A DNA stretch of 63,360 nucleotides, the filler included, from Choristocarpus tenellus KU-1152 (lineage: Eukaryota > Protista > Phaeophyceae), in NCBI GenBank assembly GCA_964200185.2. It is 10 parts of 10 records of this genome, joined end to end, with 100 filler letters (N's around TTAATTAATTAA, not from the genome) between each part and the next. Parts side by side here need not be neighbours in the genome. Positions count along the whole stretch, not along the records: positions 25,302 to 34,241 come from CAXNAD020004176.1; positions 34,342 to 37,644 come from CAXNAD020020929.1; positions 37,745 to 45,572 come from CAXNAD020005525.1; 7 more parts are not named here. One strand, written 5' to 3'. This document shows positions 25,302 to 38,113 of this stretch, in pieces; position 1 is the stretch's first letter; every line of letters begins with the position of its first letter. The notes beneath the pieces were generated by a model that was not told the origin of the DNA, did no database searches, and saw nothing but the letters and a program-made list of their open reading frames with translations. The position numbers and the translations under genes are program-made.

Positions 25302-26070
25302 CGGATCGACAGAGGCTGGAGTGGGCACGTCTCATCAAGGAAGAGCACAGCCGCATCTCAAGCAACTTTGACCTGGAAGCAAAGACAGCTGGGCGCTTTG
25401 GGAGAAAGAGCGTCCGCGTGGTGGGGAGCACTTGTGATCGTCATGATACCAACCTCAGTAACTACACTGAGGTCAGCGCTCACGAGTGAGTGATTCTTCT
25501 GACGAGATGACTGTAGTTGGATTGGGGTGGGTGAGGCACACACGAGAACAGTGACAATTCTTATCTCTACCTCCCCTTCACCTCCCACCCCACAGTGCAA
25601 TCTTCTACCTCTTTGCTCTTTGCGGGGTGTTTGACAGTTAGTGCCTTTGTCATTTCTCAAATGCCATACTCTCTCCGTTATACCCTACCTCCTCTCCCCT
25701 CTTTTCTCATCTGTGAGCTCCACATATTGGCCCTTGCCCAAAATCCAGATTCCTTAGAGGCTTGACTGCCAAATGCCAACCATATGTGTTACGAATTCTT
25801 AACCCGCTCAGACTCTGATGTGGTTCGTTGATGTACTTTCCGAGGGGTAGACTCAATGATAACAGTGATCCTGATGAACCGATGATAGTTAGTATCACTA
25901 AGGAGGACGGGCAGGAGTTTGAGTTAAAGATTGGCAGGGAACTGTTCCATACAGGGGAACTGCTGTTCATGTGCAACTCACTTTGTCAATGGTAGAAGCA
26001 ACAAACAATTTTTATGTTCAAGCAGAAGAATGGCATCACAACATGAAGTTATGGGAGCAGTGCAGGCAGT
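25302..26070 (+). pseudogene. Actin-related gene fragment (two exons + introns), inverted paralog of ~26850-27639
   Basis: Encodes DRQRLEWARLIKEE... and ...EDGQEFELKIGRELFHTGELLF. It has a 12-nt in-frame deletion relative to the minus copy, and the acceptor (cag>ctg) and donor of the second exon are mutated. Confidence 0.75.
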
Positions 26071-26162
26071 GTGATCCCCACTACTAATGCAGAAGTTTGT
26101 CTGTTGGGATTGAGTGTGCAGGCTATCCCTCAGCAAGAGACCTGCCCTTGTGCAAAACTATG

Positions 26163-26420
26163 GAGTCAAAGTATATTAGAGGGTAGAGCCGTGTCCGTTT
26201 TGGGGCAAGAATCCAATGTTGCGATTTCGATGTAATTTTGGCTATCGTGTTTGTTAGGAAGTGTCAATATCCTTGTTCCGGAAACATCTTTTCATAACGT
26301 ATACATTTTACCTACCCCGTAAAATTTCGGGGTAGGTAAAATGTAATATAAACCCTGTGAGAAGCCAAGCACCAAATTGACAAACAGGGAAAAACTCATA
26401 CTCTTACGATACCTTTGCTC
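26163..26420 (+). mobile_element. MITE family A, full length
   Basis: Family A TIRs; flanked by atg/atg; perfect 18-bp internal hairpin stem at 26302-26345. Confidence 0.88.
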
Positions 26421-26954
26421 ATGGTAGCGAGTCCAGGTCAGTAGTAGCAACCCTGTAAGTCACACCAAGAATCAGGGGCAAATGGGAAGGGATAGTTACT
26501 ACTACTGTCTCCACACCAGTGGAATGGCGTGTATGTCAGATTGAGTCAACGAGATGCATCTGATGTGCAACACCCCCTCCCCCACCATTTAATGGGGTCA
26601 TGGCTACTACGTATTATGTAGCAAGCATTGCGTTTGTGTGTAGAATAAATGAATTGACTTGATGTTCACGACCCATTTTCTTCATTTCAAATAATGGAAT
26701 TATTTTGAAGAAGCAGGAATGTAAGTTTGCCTTTGAATACCAATAGGAAATGTTTCTTCCCAAACGAATTTGGGACCTATACACGAAATGTGACAAACAT
26801 ACCAGTACGTTACTGTACATGCCCGTATCTCTTGGTTCATTTTGTGCCGTGTCTGCACTGCTCCCATAACTTCATGTTGTGATGCCATTCTTCTGCTTGA
26901 ACATAAAAAATTGTTTGTTGCTTCTACCATTGACAAAGAAAGGGATTTCCACAC

Positions 26955-29900
26955 CTTGAACAGCAGTTCCCCTTTATGGAACAGCTCCCTGCCAACATTT
27001 AACCCAAACTCCTGCCCATTTCTCTTCTTGATATTGACCATCACTGGTTGATCTGGGTCACCATCATCATTGAGTCTACTCCTCAGGAAGTACATCGATG
27101 TGTCACATCTGAGTCAGGGTCGGTTAGGAATTCGTAACACTTGGTTGGCATTTGGCAGTCGGGGCTAAGGAGTTTGGAGTTTGGGAGAGGGTCAATTTGT
27201 GTATCTCACAGATGAGAAAAGAGGGGAGAAGGGGTAGGGTATAACGGAGAGAGTATGACATTTGAGAAATGACAAAGGCACTAACTGTCAAACACCCTGC
27301 AAAGAGCAAAGAGGTAGAAGAACGCAATGTGGGGTGGGAGGTGAAGGGGAGGTAATCAATGATATAAGAATTGTCACTGTTCTCGTGTGTGCCTCACCCA
27401 CCCCAATCCAACTACAGTCATCTCGTCAGAAGAATCACTCACTCCTGTGCGCTAACCTCAGTGTAGGTACTGAGGTTGGTATCATGACGATCACAAGTGC
27501 TCCCCATGATTCCTCCCATCATGCGGACGCTCTTTCTCCCAAAGCGCCCAGCTGTCTTTGCTTCCAGGTCAAAGTTGCTTGAGATGCGGCTGTGCTCTTC
27601 CTTGATGAGACGTGCCCACTCCAGCCTCTGTCGATCCGGCTGCCAACACATGTCCAGAAGTTCATTGTCCACCCAGAACAGCACGGCAAAGGGGTTTGGA
27701 GGGATTTTAGTAGGGTTACATGCACTCAAGTCACCATGTTGTGAGCACAGGGGGGCGAACCAGTACACCATGTGAGTGTAGTAACCTTCCTTGTTCGATA
27801 CATTGTAGTATGATCTGTACCGTTACATATTTGAAAACATCAACAAGACTAAAGCAGATTGTTAGAGTTACGCTGTTTCCAAATGGTAACATCACGTATC
27901 ATGATGAGTTGACCATTGTGAGCATGTGCTGTAAAGGGCGTTTTATGTGTACAGTAGACCCCCCCCCTACAAGCACAAGCCTGTCAGACTTTAACAACCC
28001 ATACTACACCAAGGAGGAAATATTCAAACAACTATCAAATCCAGGTCCCAACCCACCTCACCCTACCGCACTCTTCATCAACTATGGTAGGATTGGATGT
28101 GGATGTGCTACCATCTCACAAGATGGGATACCTCAACCTCAACCTCAAAAGACGAAAATAACTACAAGAGCACAATACAGATGGCCATTCGCTGCTCAAT
28201 AAGGGGCAATTTCACAATTTGGTTCCTACAATTATTGTGGGTGGGATGACTCTGAACAATCGATGGAGGATTTTCCCCCTCCACCCCTTCTACCTCCAGT
28301 TACGCATTCCCCAAATGCTACTACAATTATGACTTGCATATAGCATGTGGAGCATTGATAGTAGATCATATTGACATTACCTAATCTGTACAATACACAT
28401 CCCCAGGCAGACCCAAACTCTCACCAATTGGTTGTAGAGTTCATTTGTACGGCTCAGGGCCATGGAGTCTAGGAACTTTGTGACATCTGCCCCCCCCATC
28501 TTGTCCATCTGTGCTGACTTCGTCAGGAGATATCCATGGAAGACTGGCGTCACATACACACCAGACTCCCCAATATCCACTACCACACACGTGGGAGTAC
28601 CAGCGGCCATCGCCACCAAAGTGGCCTCACTCACCAGGCGCAGTGAAGGCACTTTTGCAGAAGAAATAGTGACAGTAACAGTCAACCAAGCGCTAAGTAC
28701 TAGTATGGCTCAAAGTATCTGGAGGCGAAGGGGAAGGTCTACACCAGGGTGACCATTTGGGCCTTGACCAGGAGAAGTGCACTTACATCATCTATCCAAT
28801 GCATGCAACCAAACCACCCAAAAATCGAGAAATGGAAGAATGGGCCCCGAATGGACAGACGCCACCCCCCCCCCCCAAGCTACTCTGAGCCTATCGGACA
28901 CACAACTTCTTTTTGCACAATAATGCTGAGTAACCTCCAAGTACTATAAAAGACCAACAGGCGTTTTCTAACTTGAAGCTATTCCTTAGCGATTTGAAGC
29001 AAGTTTACTACTCTGGGAAAATCAATGTACACATAATTGTCTGTAGGATAGAACAAGGCAGAGTGATAAGTGTAGGGAAATATCTATGAGGAGTGTTATT
29101 GGTGCATCAAACACAAATTACTTAGTACAGTATGAAACAGCAAAAACCCTATGGTCTCTCGCTTCTAGGAGACTGGTTGTACATTGGGGGAGTAAGGCTG
29201 AGCACCAACCACTCTGCATACACATCAACAGCAAGGAAAAGAAAGCTCCACAAGCGGTGGTAATGAGAAGCTAGTTTTGATTGTGATATTAATTGGTGTA
29301 TGTCAGGATTTGAAAGAGGGATGTTTACGGACAAGATCAGGGTCAGACACAGGACAATCTCCGGTAGGGGTAGGGGTGAAGGTGAGGAAGGGGGTCACAG
29401 GAGGGAGGGGTGACCTATTGGCGTAAGAGGCATTGGGGACATATGCGGGGTAATGTGGATCAAAGCACATACACCAAAAGACAACAAGGCCACAACATCA
29501 TCAGGTACTCAGCCAACCAATCTGACCCGCACCAGCAAAAAGAAAACAAGACTGTGATGCAGTACAGTACAGTACAACTGCATTCCAAGCCACTTTGGTT
29601 TAAGCACAGAAAATGATGAGAGTGGCGATGTGGGGTCAACGCTACTACAAGACACAAGCTACTACATGTACTTTGGAGTAGTATGGTATATCATAAAGAC
29701 AAGAAGGTATCACATACAAGACTGCCGGTCAGTCAAGGGGGGATAGGGAGTAGGGTCGGAGGGGGGGGGACAACAGCAGTGGACTTGACATACTAGAAAA
29801 CAGCACTCTCAGGACACTACCAACAGGCAAGAAACTCACTTGCGGAATCTGCACAACATTGGTGACGCCGGGGACGATGCTCCATTCACAAGCTCGTGAA

Positions 29901-31834
29901 GGTCCATCCCATCCTGTTGGGGGCAGGCAACACAGCACCGAAGTGAGTCAAAGCATGACCGCGTGACTACCCCACCTGATGCCAAACCGCCCCCTTTGCC
30001 ATCCACCACTTCTGTCAGCAATAAATCCAACTTGGATCCTCCATCCCTGGACCACAATGCACTTGCCATGCGCCAGTATCCATGACCAAGATCGCAGTAT
30101 CTTCCCCCTCAAGGCCAGGCTTCCTTGGTGCCAGGCAAGGTGTGGCAGACATACCCGACAGACCTGCAGCTCGTAGCACCCTATTCTTCTTCTCTGCAAG
30201 ATTGTCCCCACTGCCACAAGTCTCTTCCATCTGCCCATCACTCTTGTACAATCCACTCTTGCCATCTCCCACTGCCGCTCCAGCAAAAAACACCCCCGAG
30301 CATGCAGAAGATGCTGACAGCATTGCAGTTGTGGAGGTCAAGCTCAGGGAGGACACCCTTTTGAGTGGGCAAGCCACCTCCTCGCCCAAGCGTATTCCTC
30401 CCTTCCACTTGTGCCCAGCGACCGCAGGTGACAGCGGCTCCTCCAGTGGCTCCTCTCTTACCCCCGCCCCACCACCCGGTCCTCCTGCCAGGGTGCTTGT
30501 CTCTGCCCCTTCTCCTTCTAACCATTCCTCTCCCCCATCCCAAGAGTACTCACTATCTAATGAGGCCTCCTCCCAATGAGATAGCTCCATAGGGGTACCA
30601 GTGGCAAGAGCAGAGCCTAAGGCTGCCTTGACTACACCTTTCTGATTGAAAGGCGGGGTCAGTCGAGAGGAGCGGCAGAGCAGGGTGTACTAAAGACCTT
30701 TTCAATAAACGGATTTTCTGACCTCCCTTTTTCCTTGCAAAAAAGGCCGGGCAACGGTAAGACTAACATCCACATACATAATTCAGCAAAGGCAATACCG
30801 TGAATATTTGAGTTCATATTGAGGGGTAAAAACATTACAGATGACTTTCCCATCTAACTCCTCAAACCCCATGTATTGTACTAAGAAGAGGGCAGGAACG
30901 AGAAAGTGCCTTCCCATCCATAAGTTAGTCATACCGTGGTGTTGATTTTGTGCTTTTCTGCACCTTGTATACCCCTGTATAAATGGAAACATTCTGTCAC
31001 TCTCTGTCATTGGAGGGTTGCTGGAGACAGGGACACACAATCCATAAAACTTGCTACCTCCAGGTGGTACAGCAACAATTGCGCTAGACAGTAACTAGCC
31101 ATTCTTCTCAACCTGCAATGTGTCACAATTTGATAAGGGAAGAGCAACTCCAGATGGGGGGGGGGGGGGGCCCAGCCCTCCCCAGGACTGAGGAGGGCAA
31201 CACACTTTGGGGAAAGGNNNNNNNNNNGGGGGGCGGCGAAGAATTGAGAGGGAAAGGAGGCCGGCGGGGGGGGGGGGGGGGGTGCACAGCCATACTCAGG
31301 ACTGAGGAGAGCATCACACTTTGGGGAAGGTGGGTGGGGAGAGGAAAGGGGTCCACATCTGTAACCAGCACCCCACCCTCACATTGAAACCACAAGCCTA
31401 CTCACCTTAAAGAAAAATGCCTTCCTCCCAACACATCGCAATTTGGTATGTGGTATCATTCCCCCTCCCCATCCCCCCCTACGTTTCGTCAATGAGACAT
31501 TTCTTCCTTTCACTTCAACTTTATTACCAACCACTGATTCATCTTTATGTGTCTGAGTCTCCCACTATTCGTCTCTCCTTCAAACGCAACATGAAAACAC
31601 ACCTTTGCAGCAATCTCTATTTCGAGTTCCGACGGGACCCCAGTGTTGCCAGTAGCAAGAACTAGTTCCTCAGCTATCTCCAGACCCAGACCCAGTTCAC
31701 TGCGCCCCAGTATGTCCTCCAGGCCCTGCGTTCTTGAGGCCTGCTGTGTCAGGCGTTGGATCTTTGCCTCTGACTCTGCCTTGAAGCTGCTGTGGGTCAT
31801 GGCACTCACCCTTGCTGCCTCTTCCATGGTGTGC
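26955..31834 (-). pseudogene. Divergent actin-related protein gene with long N-terminal extension (incomplete, probably decayed)
   Basis: Exons 30641-30053 (ends AILVMDTGAWQVHCG = phosphate-1 loop), 29913-29840, ~28652-28425 (VPSL...CVVVDIGESGVYVTPVFHGY...GGADVTKFL = phosphate-2), 27639-27443 (ARLIKEE) and 27108-26955 (GRELF..GELLFK). Possible upstream exons ~31834-31640 and ~31478-31406. One internal exon and the C-terminus are missing on this strand. Confidence 0.75.
28707..28891. mobile_element. MITE family B
   Basis: GGCTCAAAGTATCTGG ... CTACTCTGAGCC; flanked by tat/tat. Confidence 0.82.
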
Positions 31835-32139
31835 TGCCAGAACAAGGAAACAAGGACCTACACACCAACAAACACCAAGATGAAAAACAGGATAATCAAA
31901 GGGATTCAAGTTTGTGGCAGCATTAAGGGTTGTCGTCAAGAGCATTTGATATATTAGTCCCTCCTCTATGCTGTCCAGACTTTCAACCGACGATAAATGA
32001 AAAATAATTGTAACGATGTATAATATATGTATTACATGCTGATGAAAATTGAAGGTCAGATCCGGCCAATAACAAAATAGTACCAATAGAAAACCCTGGT
32101 TCTTGGCATTCAAAGGAAATCAATCATCAGTATTCTGTG

Positions 32140-33145
32140 GGATTTCAACATGTCTGTGTGCAACTGATCGAAGATAAAATGGACTTGGACTTCTACAATC
32201 CCTGAAATACACTCATCTCGATGCAATCACTAAACGAATTTCACAAGGGTGCATACTACAGCCCATGAAAGATGGATCACAGAAGAAACGGATCCCGTAA
32301 CAGTATATCAAAAGGTGTTTATCGGTAGTACCTAGCAGATGGACAAATTATGCCGCAACATTGCACGTTATTAAAGAGCTTTGAGGCTCTGTTGCTATGG
32401 CCACTTGACAGGTCTGTTGTCTATTCATACTACTCACAAACACTATTTTACTTTACATCAAAAGCCATTTACTACTATTTTGAGTATTCTTGGCTATTGG
32501 GTGAATGTCTCCAGGTGTTTTCATACTATTACACTCAGTCATGCCGTATCTTGATAACGTTTTCTTGAGACAATTTCGTTTTTCCTGTAAGATCATCATA
32601 CATCACTTGTATGCCCAATATCAACTTGACTCTACCAAGACCTTTCAATACAAACTTATCCTTGAGATATTTCTTGACTTGATCTACCAGTGAGGTAGAA
32701 CTCCCATAAATTAATGCGTCATCAATATACAATCATAGTAACACTGTATCATTTTCCTTTCTGTAAATGTATATACTTGGATCGCTCTCTAGTGATTTGA
32801 AACCATATTCAACAAGTACGTCCGTTAATGTTATGCTCCAATGTCTGGGAGACTGCTTTATACCATAAACACTTTTCTTTATCTTGCAAACCAGGATCTC
32901 AGTAGACAGATCTCTTGCAAGAACCCTGAGGCCTGGCTTACATAAATCTCTTCTAGTTGTAGCAGGGGGGCTTGCAAGAACGCACTGTTCACATCCAAAT
33001 GTGAGACTCCCCAGTTTCTGTCGTTTGCAATAATATGCTGTAATCTGATGCTCTAAATTCTACAGACCAGACCGTATGTCACCGTGAAATCAGTTCCAGG
33101 CACTTGACTATATCCCTGAGCTACCCATCTAGCCTCTACATGGAG
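32140..33145 (-). mobile_element. Ty1/copia reverse transcriptase remnant
   Basis: ARWVAQGYSQVPGTDF, HLDVNSAFLQ, KSVYGIKQSPRHW, SDPSIY, YIDD and LG....ILGIQV in order; frameshifted, no LTRs seen. Confidence 0.9.
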
Positions 33146-33434
33146 TACATTTAAGTATACTGTACCGTACTGTACTGCATCACAGCCTTGTTTTCTTCTT
33201 GCAGGCGAGATCAGGCTGGTTGAACTGAATACCTGATAGTACTCTGACCTTACAGTCATTGGGTATTTGTGGATAATCCACATTCCCCCTCTAGTGTCCC
33301 CAATACCTCCTACACAAATAAGTCACCCCTCACTCGCATGATCCCCATCCTCAACTCCAACTCAACCCCTAACAGAGATTGTCTTGTGTCTGACCTTGAC
33401 CTTGACCACGGACATCCCTCCTTCTAATCCCTAG

Positions 33435-33701
33435 TGTTGGCCTCTTTGTGGGGGGAGATGCTTGGTCCTTCTCCTTTGAGCACCCTTGCTAAGGGTCAAC
33501 CTTCGAACATCATGTCCCACAGAACGGGGACATATCTCCTCTGAAGATGGGGCATGGAGACATATGTCAAGAATATGGGAGCGTGCCTATATGCGCCTCA
33601 ACATGGACCCTGTAGTGACACCAACTATATTGCCATACAAGTCCATGACAACCAAGGAGGAGGTGGAGGAAATGACCAGGATCTTCTTTGAAGACCACAA
33701 G
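33435..33701 (+). pseudogene. Actin-related exon (the segment missing from the minus-strand gene)
   Basis: LFVGGDAW..(frameshift)..CPTERG....WRHMSRIWERAYMRLNMDP..TPTIL....TKEEVEEMTRIFFEDHK|gt aligns to actin YVGDEA..YPIEHG..WDDMEKIW..L.V.PEEHPVLL..REKMTQIMFETF. Confidence 0.75.
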
Positions 33702-34341
33702 GTGTGAAGGACACAAGTGTACTAGAGTTGTGGGTGTAGAAATCAGTGTTTTTTTCATCGTTTGTTCTGGTTCTCCTAATGTGTGTCTCCAATGGTATTG
33801 CCTGGTCTTTATGTGCTTTACTTGCTGGATAGTGTAGGTTACCTGTGGTGTACAAAACCAAGAGTATGACAATTGCTTGAAATGGTATCTTTTACTACTC
33901 GGATAAGTATCTATACATAGGGTATGTAGAGGGACTACATCGGTACATTTAGTCCAGAATGCTCTTGCAAGTATGGAATGGCCACTTCCACTTTACTTTT
34001 GATTTTCCCTCAGAGGTACTACCACATATTTGAATTTTTTTATCTAATTCAATGTTGGACATCTGCCCCCTGCCTTGGGGACAGATGACCCACACGCAGA
34101 ACCCTACTCGTGAAGCAAGTTCCTGGTGTAGGGTCAAAGTATCTGGGGGGGGATGTCTTTATGGTTCTTGCCTGTCCTGTCTGCCATTTTTGGCACACAC
34201 ACAAGCTAAACGCCAAGCTTTCCATCAAAGATGTGAGCCGANNNNNNNNNNNNNNNNNNNNNNNNNNNNNNNNNNNNNNNNNNNNTTAATTAATTAANNN
34301 NNNNNNNNNNNNNNNNNNNNNNNNNNNNNNNNNNNNNNNNN

Positions 34342-34624
34342 CCCCCAGATACTTTGACCCTTAAGAGGGTACGAGTTTTGGCTTCCCATGGTTATTTTTT
34401 TTTTATGCACTTTTTTTTGTTTTGTTGTGTGAACACTAAACCCTAACCGTAAGATTTATACGACTATGAAAGGTGTGTCCAGAGCAAGGATGCTGACGCT
34501 TGCTAACAAACACACGATATTCAAAACGACATCAAAATCACAACATTGGATTTATTTATGATCCCGAATGGAAACACGGGCCCTACCTCTCTTAAATGAC
34601 TACCTCTCTTAAATGATTTGAGTC
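34342..34624 (-). mobile_element. Decayed MITE family A with a family B end nested in its terminus
   Basis: CCCCAGATACTTTGACCC directly followed by A-type AGAGGGTACGAGTTTTG and the A body. Confidence 0.75.
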
Positions 34625-35409
34625 AAGAGTCTCTAGTGTGCTGTGTGTGTGTGTGTGTTTGAATGTATTATTTAAAAAAAGAGTATATATATATTAGTGT
34701 GTGTATGGTGTGTATGGTGTATGATACACAGGCAATTTTTTTAGGTGTCAATAGAGCTGTTTTATGTATTTTTCTTGCTGTTGTGTTCTCAAGTCTTTCT
34801 AATTATTTTTAATTTTTCAAATTAATAAAGTTTGATTTTTCTTGTAACGATGATAAATATATAATATATATATATATATATTGTTGGTGTGTTTTTTTTT
34901 CAAACCTCTCTTGAGAAATTCGAGTTTCGTATCCAGTTGATGTGATGACATGACGTAAATTTTTTTTTCTGAATCTTTTTTTTGTTAATCTGTGTTTGGT
35001 TTATATATATAAGCTAAAGTATAAATATCTGTAAGGAAGGAAATACTTTTTCTTTTTTTTTCGCATTATTTTGCCCCTTCGAAAACGCGATATAATATCG
35101 CCTTTTTTTTTCACAATTGTCAGTTTGTAATGCCTTTGACCTTGAACACAGCGGTTAGAAATTACCACATCAGTTGGATGTCTCGGTGGACTATTGTTGG
35201 GGAAAAGGTCTTGTGGGGCGGATGAGACGATCGATCACCTGTTTTGAAAGTTGCAGCAACAAAAAAAGATTAGTAATGTTTTTTTGTTTTGTTTTATTAC
35301 TGTTTCTGCACCTCCAAAGAACAGTTTCAGGATTTTTTATTCTTTTTTTTGTGCTGTCTTTTTTATTTCATTATCGAATCTGTTCCGCTATTAGTTTTTA
35401 CTTTACTTT

Positions 35410-35545
35410 TGAAAGATGTACTTCAGTACTTCCTACTTTATATTTTAAAAGATTTACTTCAGCACTTCCTACTTTATTTTTTATAGATTTCCCCCAGTAC
35501 TTCCTACGTTATTTCGTGAGGATTTACTACAGTGCTTCCTATTTT
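35410..35545. repeat. Degenerate ~36-bp tandem repeat (~4 units)
   Basis: Recurring CAGTACTTCCTACTTTAT...GATTTAC. Confidence 0.6.
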
Positions 35546-35916
35546 TTTTTAAGGAGGATATTTTTTTAGTGCAGTATGTATGTATTTGACTTTTTTTTTG
35601 TTTAGAGAGCTCCAAAAAGTGTTTTTGAGGAGCAGTTCTACCGCCGTTATCATTAATTTGATTTGTAAGGGAGCTGGCTCTAATATATATATATTTTATT
35701 TTTTTCCCAGTTTAAATTTCAAAAAAGAATTAAGTAAAGAAGGTACGCAACGTACACGTTCTAATTATATTTTGATGTGGTGATAAAAATATTTTGTAAC
35801 TTTCTGTGCAGTCGCATGCATGAACACGCAAATTGCGGTGTTCTTCATCAAGTTTCAGGAACTTCTGGAAGTTCTGATTTAAAAAAAAAAATCGGAACCG
35901 TGATGGTGTGCAAGTT

Positions 35917-36181
35917 GAGTGAAAGTATCTTAGAGGGTACGAGTTTTGCCCTGTTTGTCCATTTGGGGCTTGGCTTCCCATATAGGTTCTTTTAGGACAT
36001 TTTTCCTACTCAAAAATGTTTAGGAGCAGGTAAATTGTACATGTTATGAAAAGGTGTGTCCGGAACATGGATATTGTGACACATGCTAACAAACACGATA
36101 GTCGAAATTACATCAAAATCGCAACATTGGATTTTGGCCCCTAAATGGACGCAGCTCTACCCTCTAAAGATACTTTGGCTC
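35917..36181 (-). mobile_element. MITE family A, full length
   Basis: TIRs intact; perfect 4-bp TSD agtt/agtt. Confidence 0.92.
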
Positions 36182-36318
36182 AGTTTAAAGAAGTGTTTCC
36201 CAGTTCTCAGGGACTTTTATTGACATCTTTTTATATTTATATCGGAACCATGGTCCAAAGTTGGAACCATCACGTTACGGAATTGATAGGTCCATGGACT
36301 GATTGATAACTCTCGGAC

Positions 36319-36362
<44 letters not shown>

Positions 36363-36464
36363 CTTGTTTATTGTTGGTAATGTGGTTTTTTCTTAATTTN
36401 NNNNNNNNNGTTCCATGGTATGATTGATACCTCTCGGTCGTTTTTTTTTTTTTTTTTTTTTCGC

Positions 36465-36730
36465 AACTTGCGTTTATCGGAACCCCGGTTCAATATTGGA
36501 ACCGTGATGGTACGAAAATATGAGGTTCAAGGAATGATTAGCTTTCAGAGATTTCTTGGCAACTTTTGTTTACGGAACCCCGGTCCGATATTGGAACCGT
36601 GATGGTACGAAAATATGAGGTTCAAGGAATGATTAGCTTTCAGAGATTTCTTGGCAACTTTTTTTTACGGAACCCCGGTCCGATATTGGAACGAACCGTG
36701 ATGGTACGAAAATGTGAGGTTCAAGGAACA
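36465..36730. repeat. 95-bp tandem repeat (~2.7 units)
   Basis: AACCCCGG recurs at 36481, 36576 and 36671 with near-identical sequence between. Confidence 0.9.
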
Positions 36731-37087
36731 ATCAACTCTCGAAGTCTTTTTAACGGCAGCTTTTGTGCAATCTTCATGTTCCTGTTATGGAAATGCGCTT
36801 CTGACTCCTCAAGATATATTTTTGTATTCAAAAGAGTAACAACTAAGTGTTTATTGTAAACTTCTGCTGAGGAGGAAGGAAAATATGGTTTGGTTTGGTT
36901 CCATGGATTGGGCTTTGGTTTCATGTTTGGGGCTGATCAGTGGCGCTTGGCCTGCAGTGATTTTGAAGGTTAAATCGTTTTGTGATGACTGTCATTTGAG
37001 AACTTACCTTTAGAGTGTTTCGTCTTTTTGATGGTTGTGTTAGTTAGACAGGGTTTGCTGGCATTGCTATTGCTATCAATATTATCA

Positions 37088-37331
37088 TTAGTAGTAGGAG
37101 TAGTATTAGTATTGGTATTATTATTATTAGAAGTAGAAGTAGAAGTAGTAGTAGTTGTATTGATATTGTTGTTATTGTTAATTTGTAGTAGTATTATTGT
37201 TAGTAGTAGTAGTAGTAGTAGTGTTACTAGTGTTATCATTATTATTAGTAGTAGTAGTAGTAGTAGTGTTACTAGTGTTATCATTATTAGTAGTAGTAGT
37301 TGTATTGGTATTATTGTTAGTAGTAGTAGAG

Positions 37332-37371
<40 letters not shown>

Positions 37372-37392
37372 CTATTGATATTATTATTATTA
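37088..37392. repeat. (TAG)n/(TAT)n microsatellite region
   Basis: Long imperfect AGT/ATT trinucleotide runs. Confidence 0.9.
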
Positions 37393-37936
37393 TTCATTTT
37401 GTTCGTACTTTTCAAAGAAGTAATGCCTTCCTAAGAATGTTCGTCAAAAAATGTTTGTGACGTTACTTTTCCTGTAGTTTTTTTTTATGTGGGAGGAGGA
37501 AGATAAGAAATAAAATATAGTAGATAATAACTACTGCTGCTGCTGCTGCTGTGTGTGCAACACATGACATTTTTTTCCCCGGGGATTAATCTGCCCCCCC
37601 TTTTTTTTTTTTTTATTTTAAATATTTTGCATTTCGCTGTCATTNNNNNNNNNNNNNNNNNNNNNNNNNNNNNNNNNNNNNNNNNNNNTTAATTAATTAA
37701 NNNNNNNNNNNNNNNNNNNNNNNNNNNNNNNNNNNNNNNNNNNNCCCCCCCAGATACTTTGACCCTAATATCTAAGGGGAGGTTAATAACGTGGTACTTG
37801 CTGCTAGGCACATGTGACACAGCAAAGGCTTAAGGATCAAAGTATCCTAGAGTAGGGTGTCGTTATGGCATAGTGGTCTCTATGACTGCTTTCTGGTTTG
37901 CATCTTCACGTACAAATATCCTCAAATTCAAGGAGA

Positions 37937-38113
37937 GGCTCAAAGTATCTAAGGGAGGGGTGGCGGCTGTACATTCGAGGCCCATTTTTTCATATCACGA
38001 TTTCTGGGTGATTTGGTTGCATGCGTCGGATGGATAATGTAAATGTACTTCTCCAGGTCAGGGCCCAAATGGACACCCTGGTGTAGGTCCCCCCCCTCCC
38101 CCAGATACTTTAA
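37937..38113. mobile_element. MITE family B
   Basis: GGCTCAAAGTATCT ... CCCCAGATACTTT; interior matches other B copies. Confidence 0.82.

Noticed and set aside
31406-31478. CVGRKA exon as the actin YVGDEA segment out of order
   Set aside because: It splices in phase to the 30641 exon as part of the N-terminal extension, and a better match (LFVGGDAW) exists at 33439.
36970-37460. Poly-V/L/S/T ORFs
   Set aside because: Translations of a trinucleotide microsatellite.
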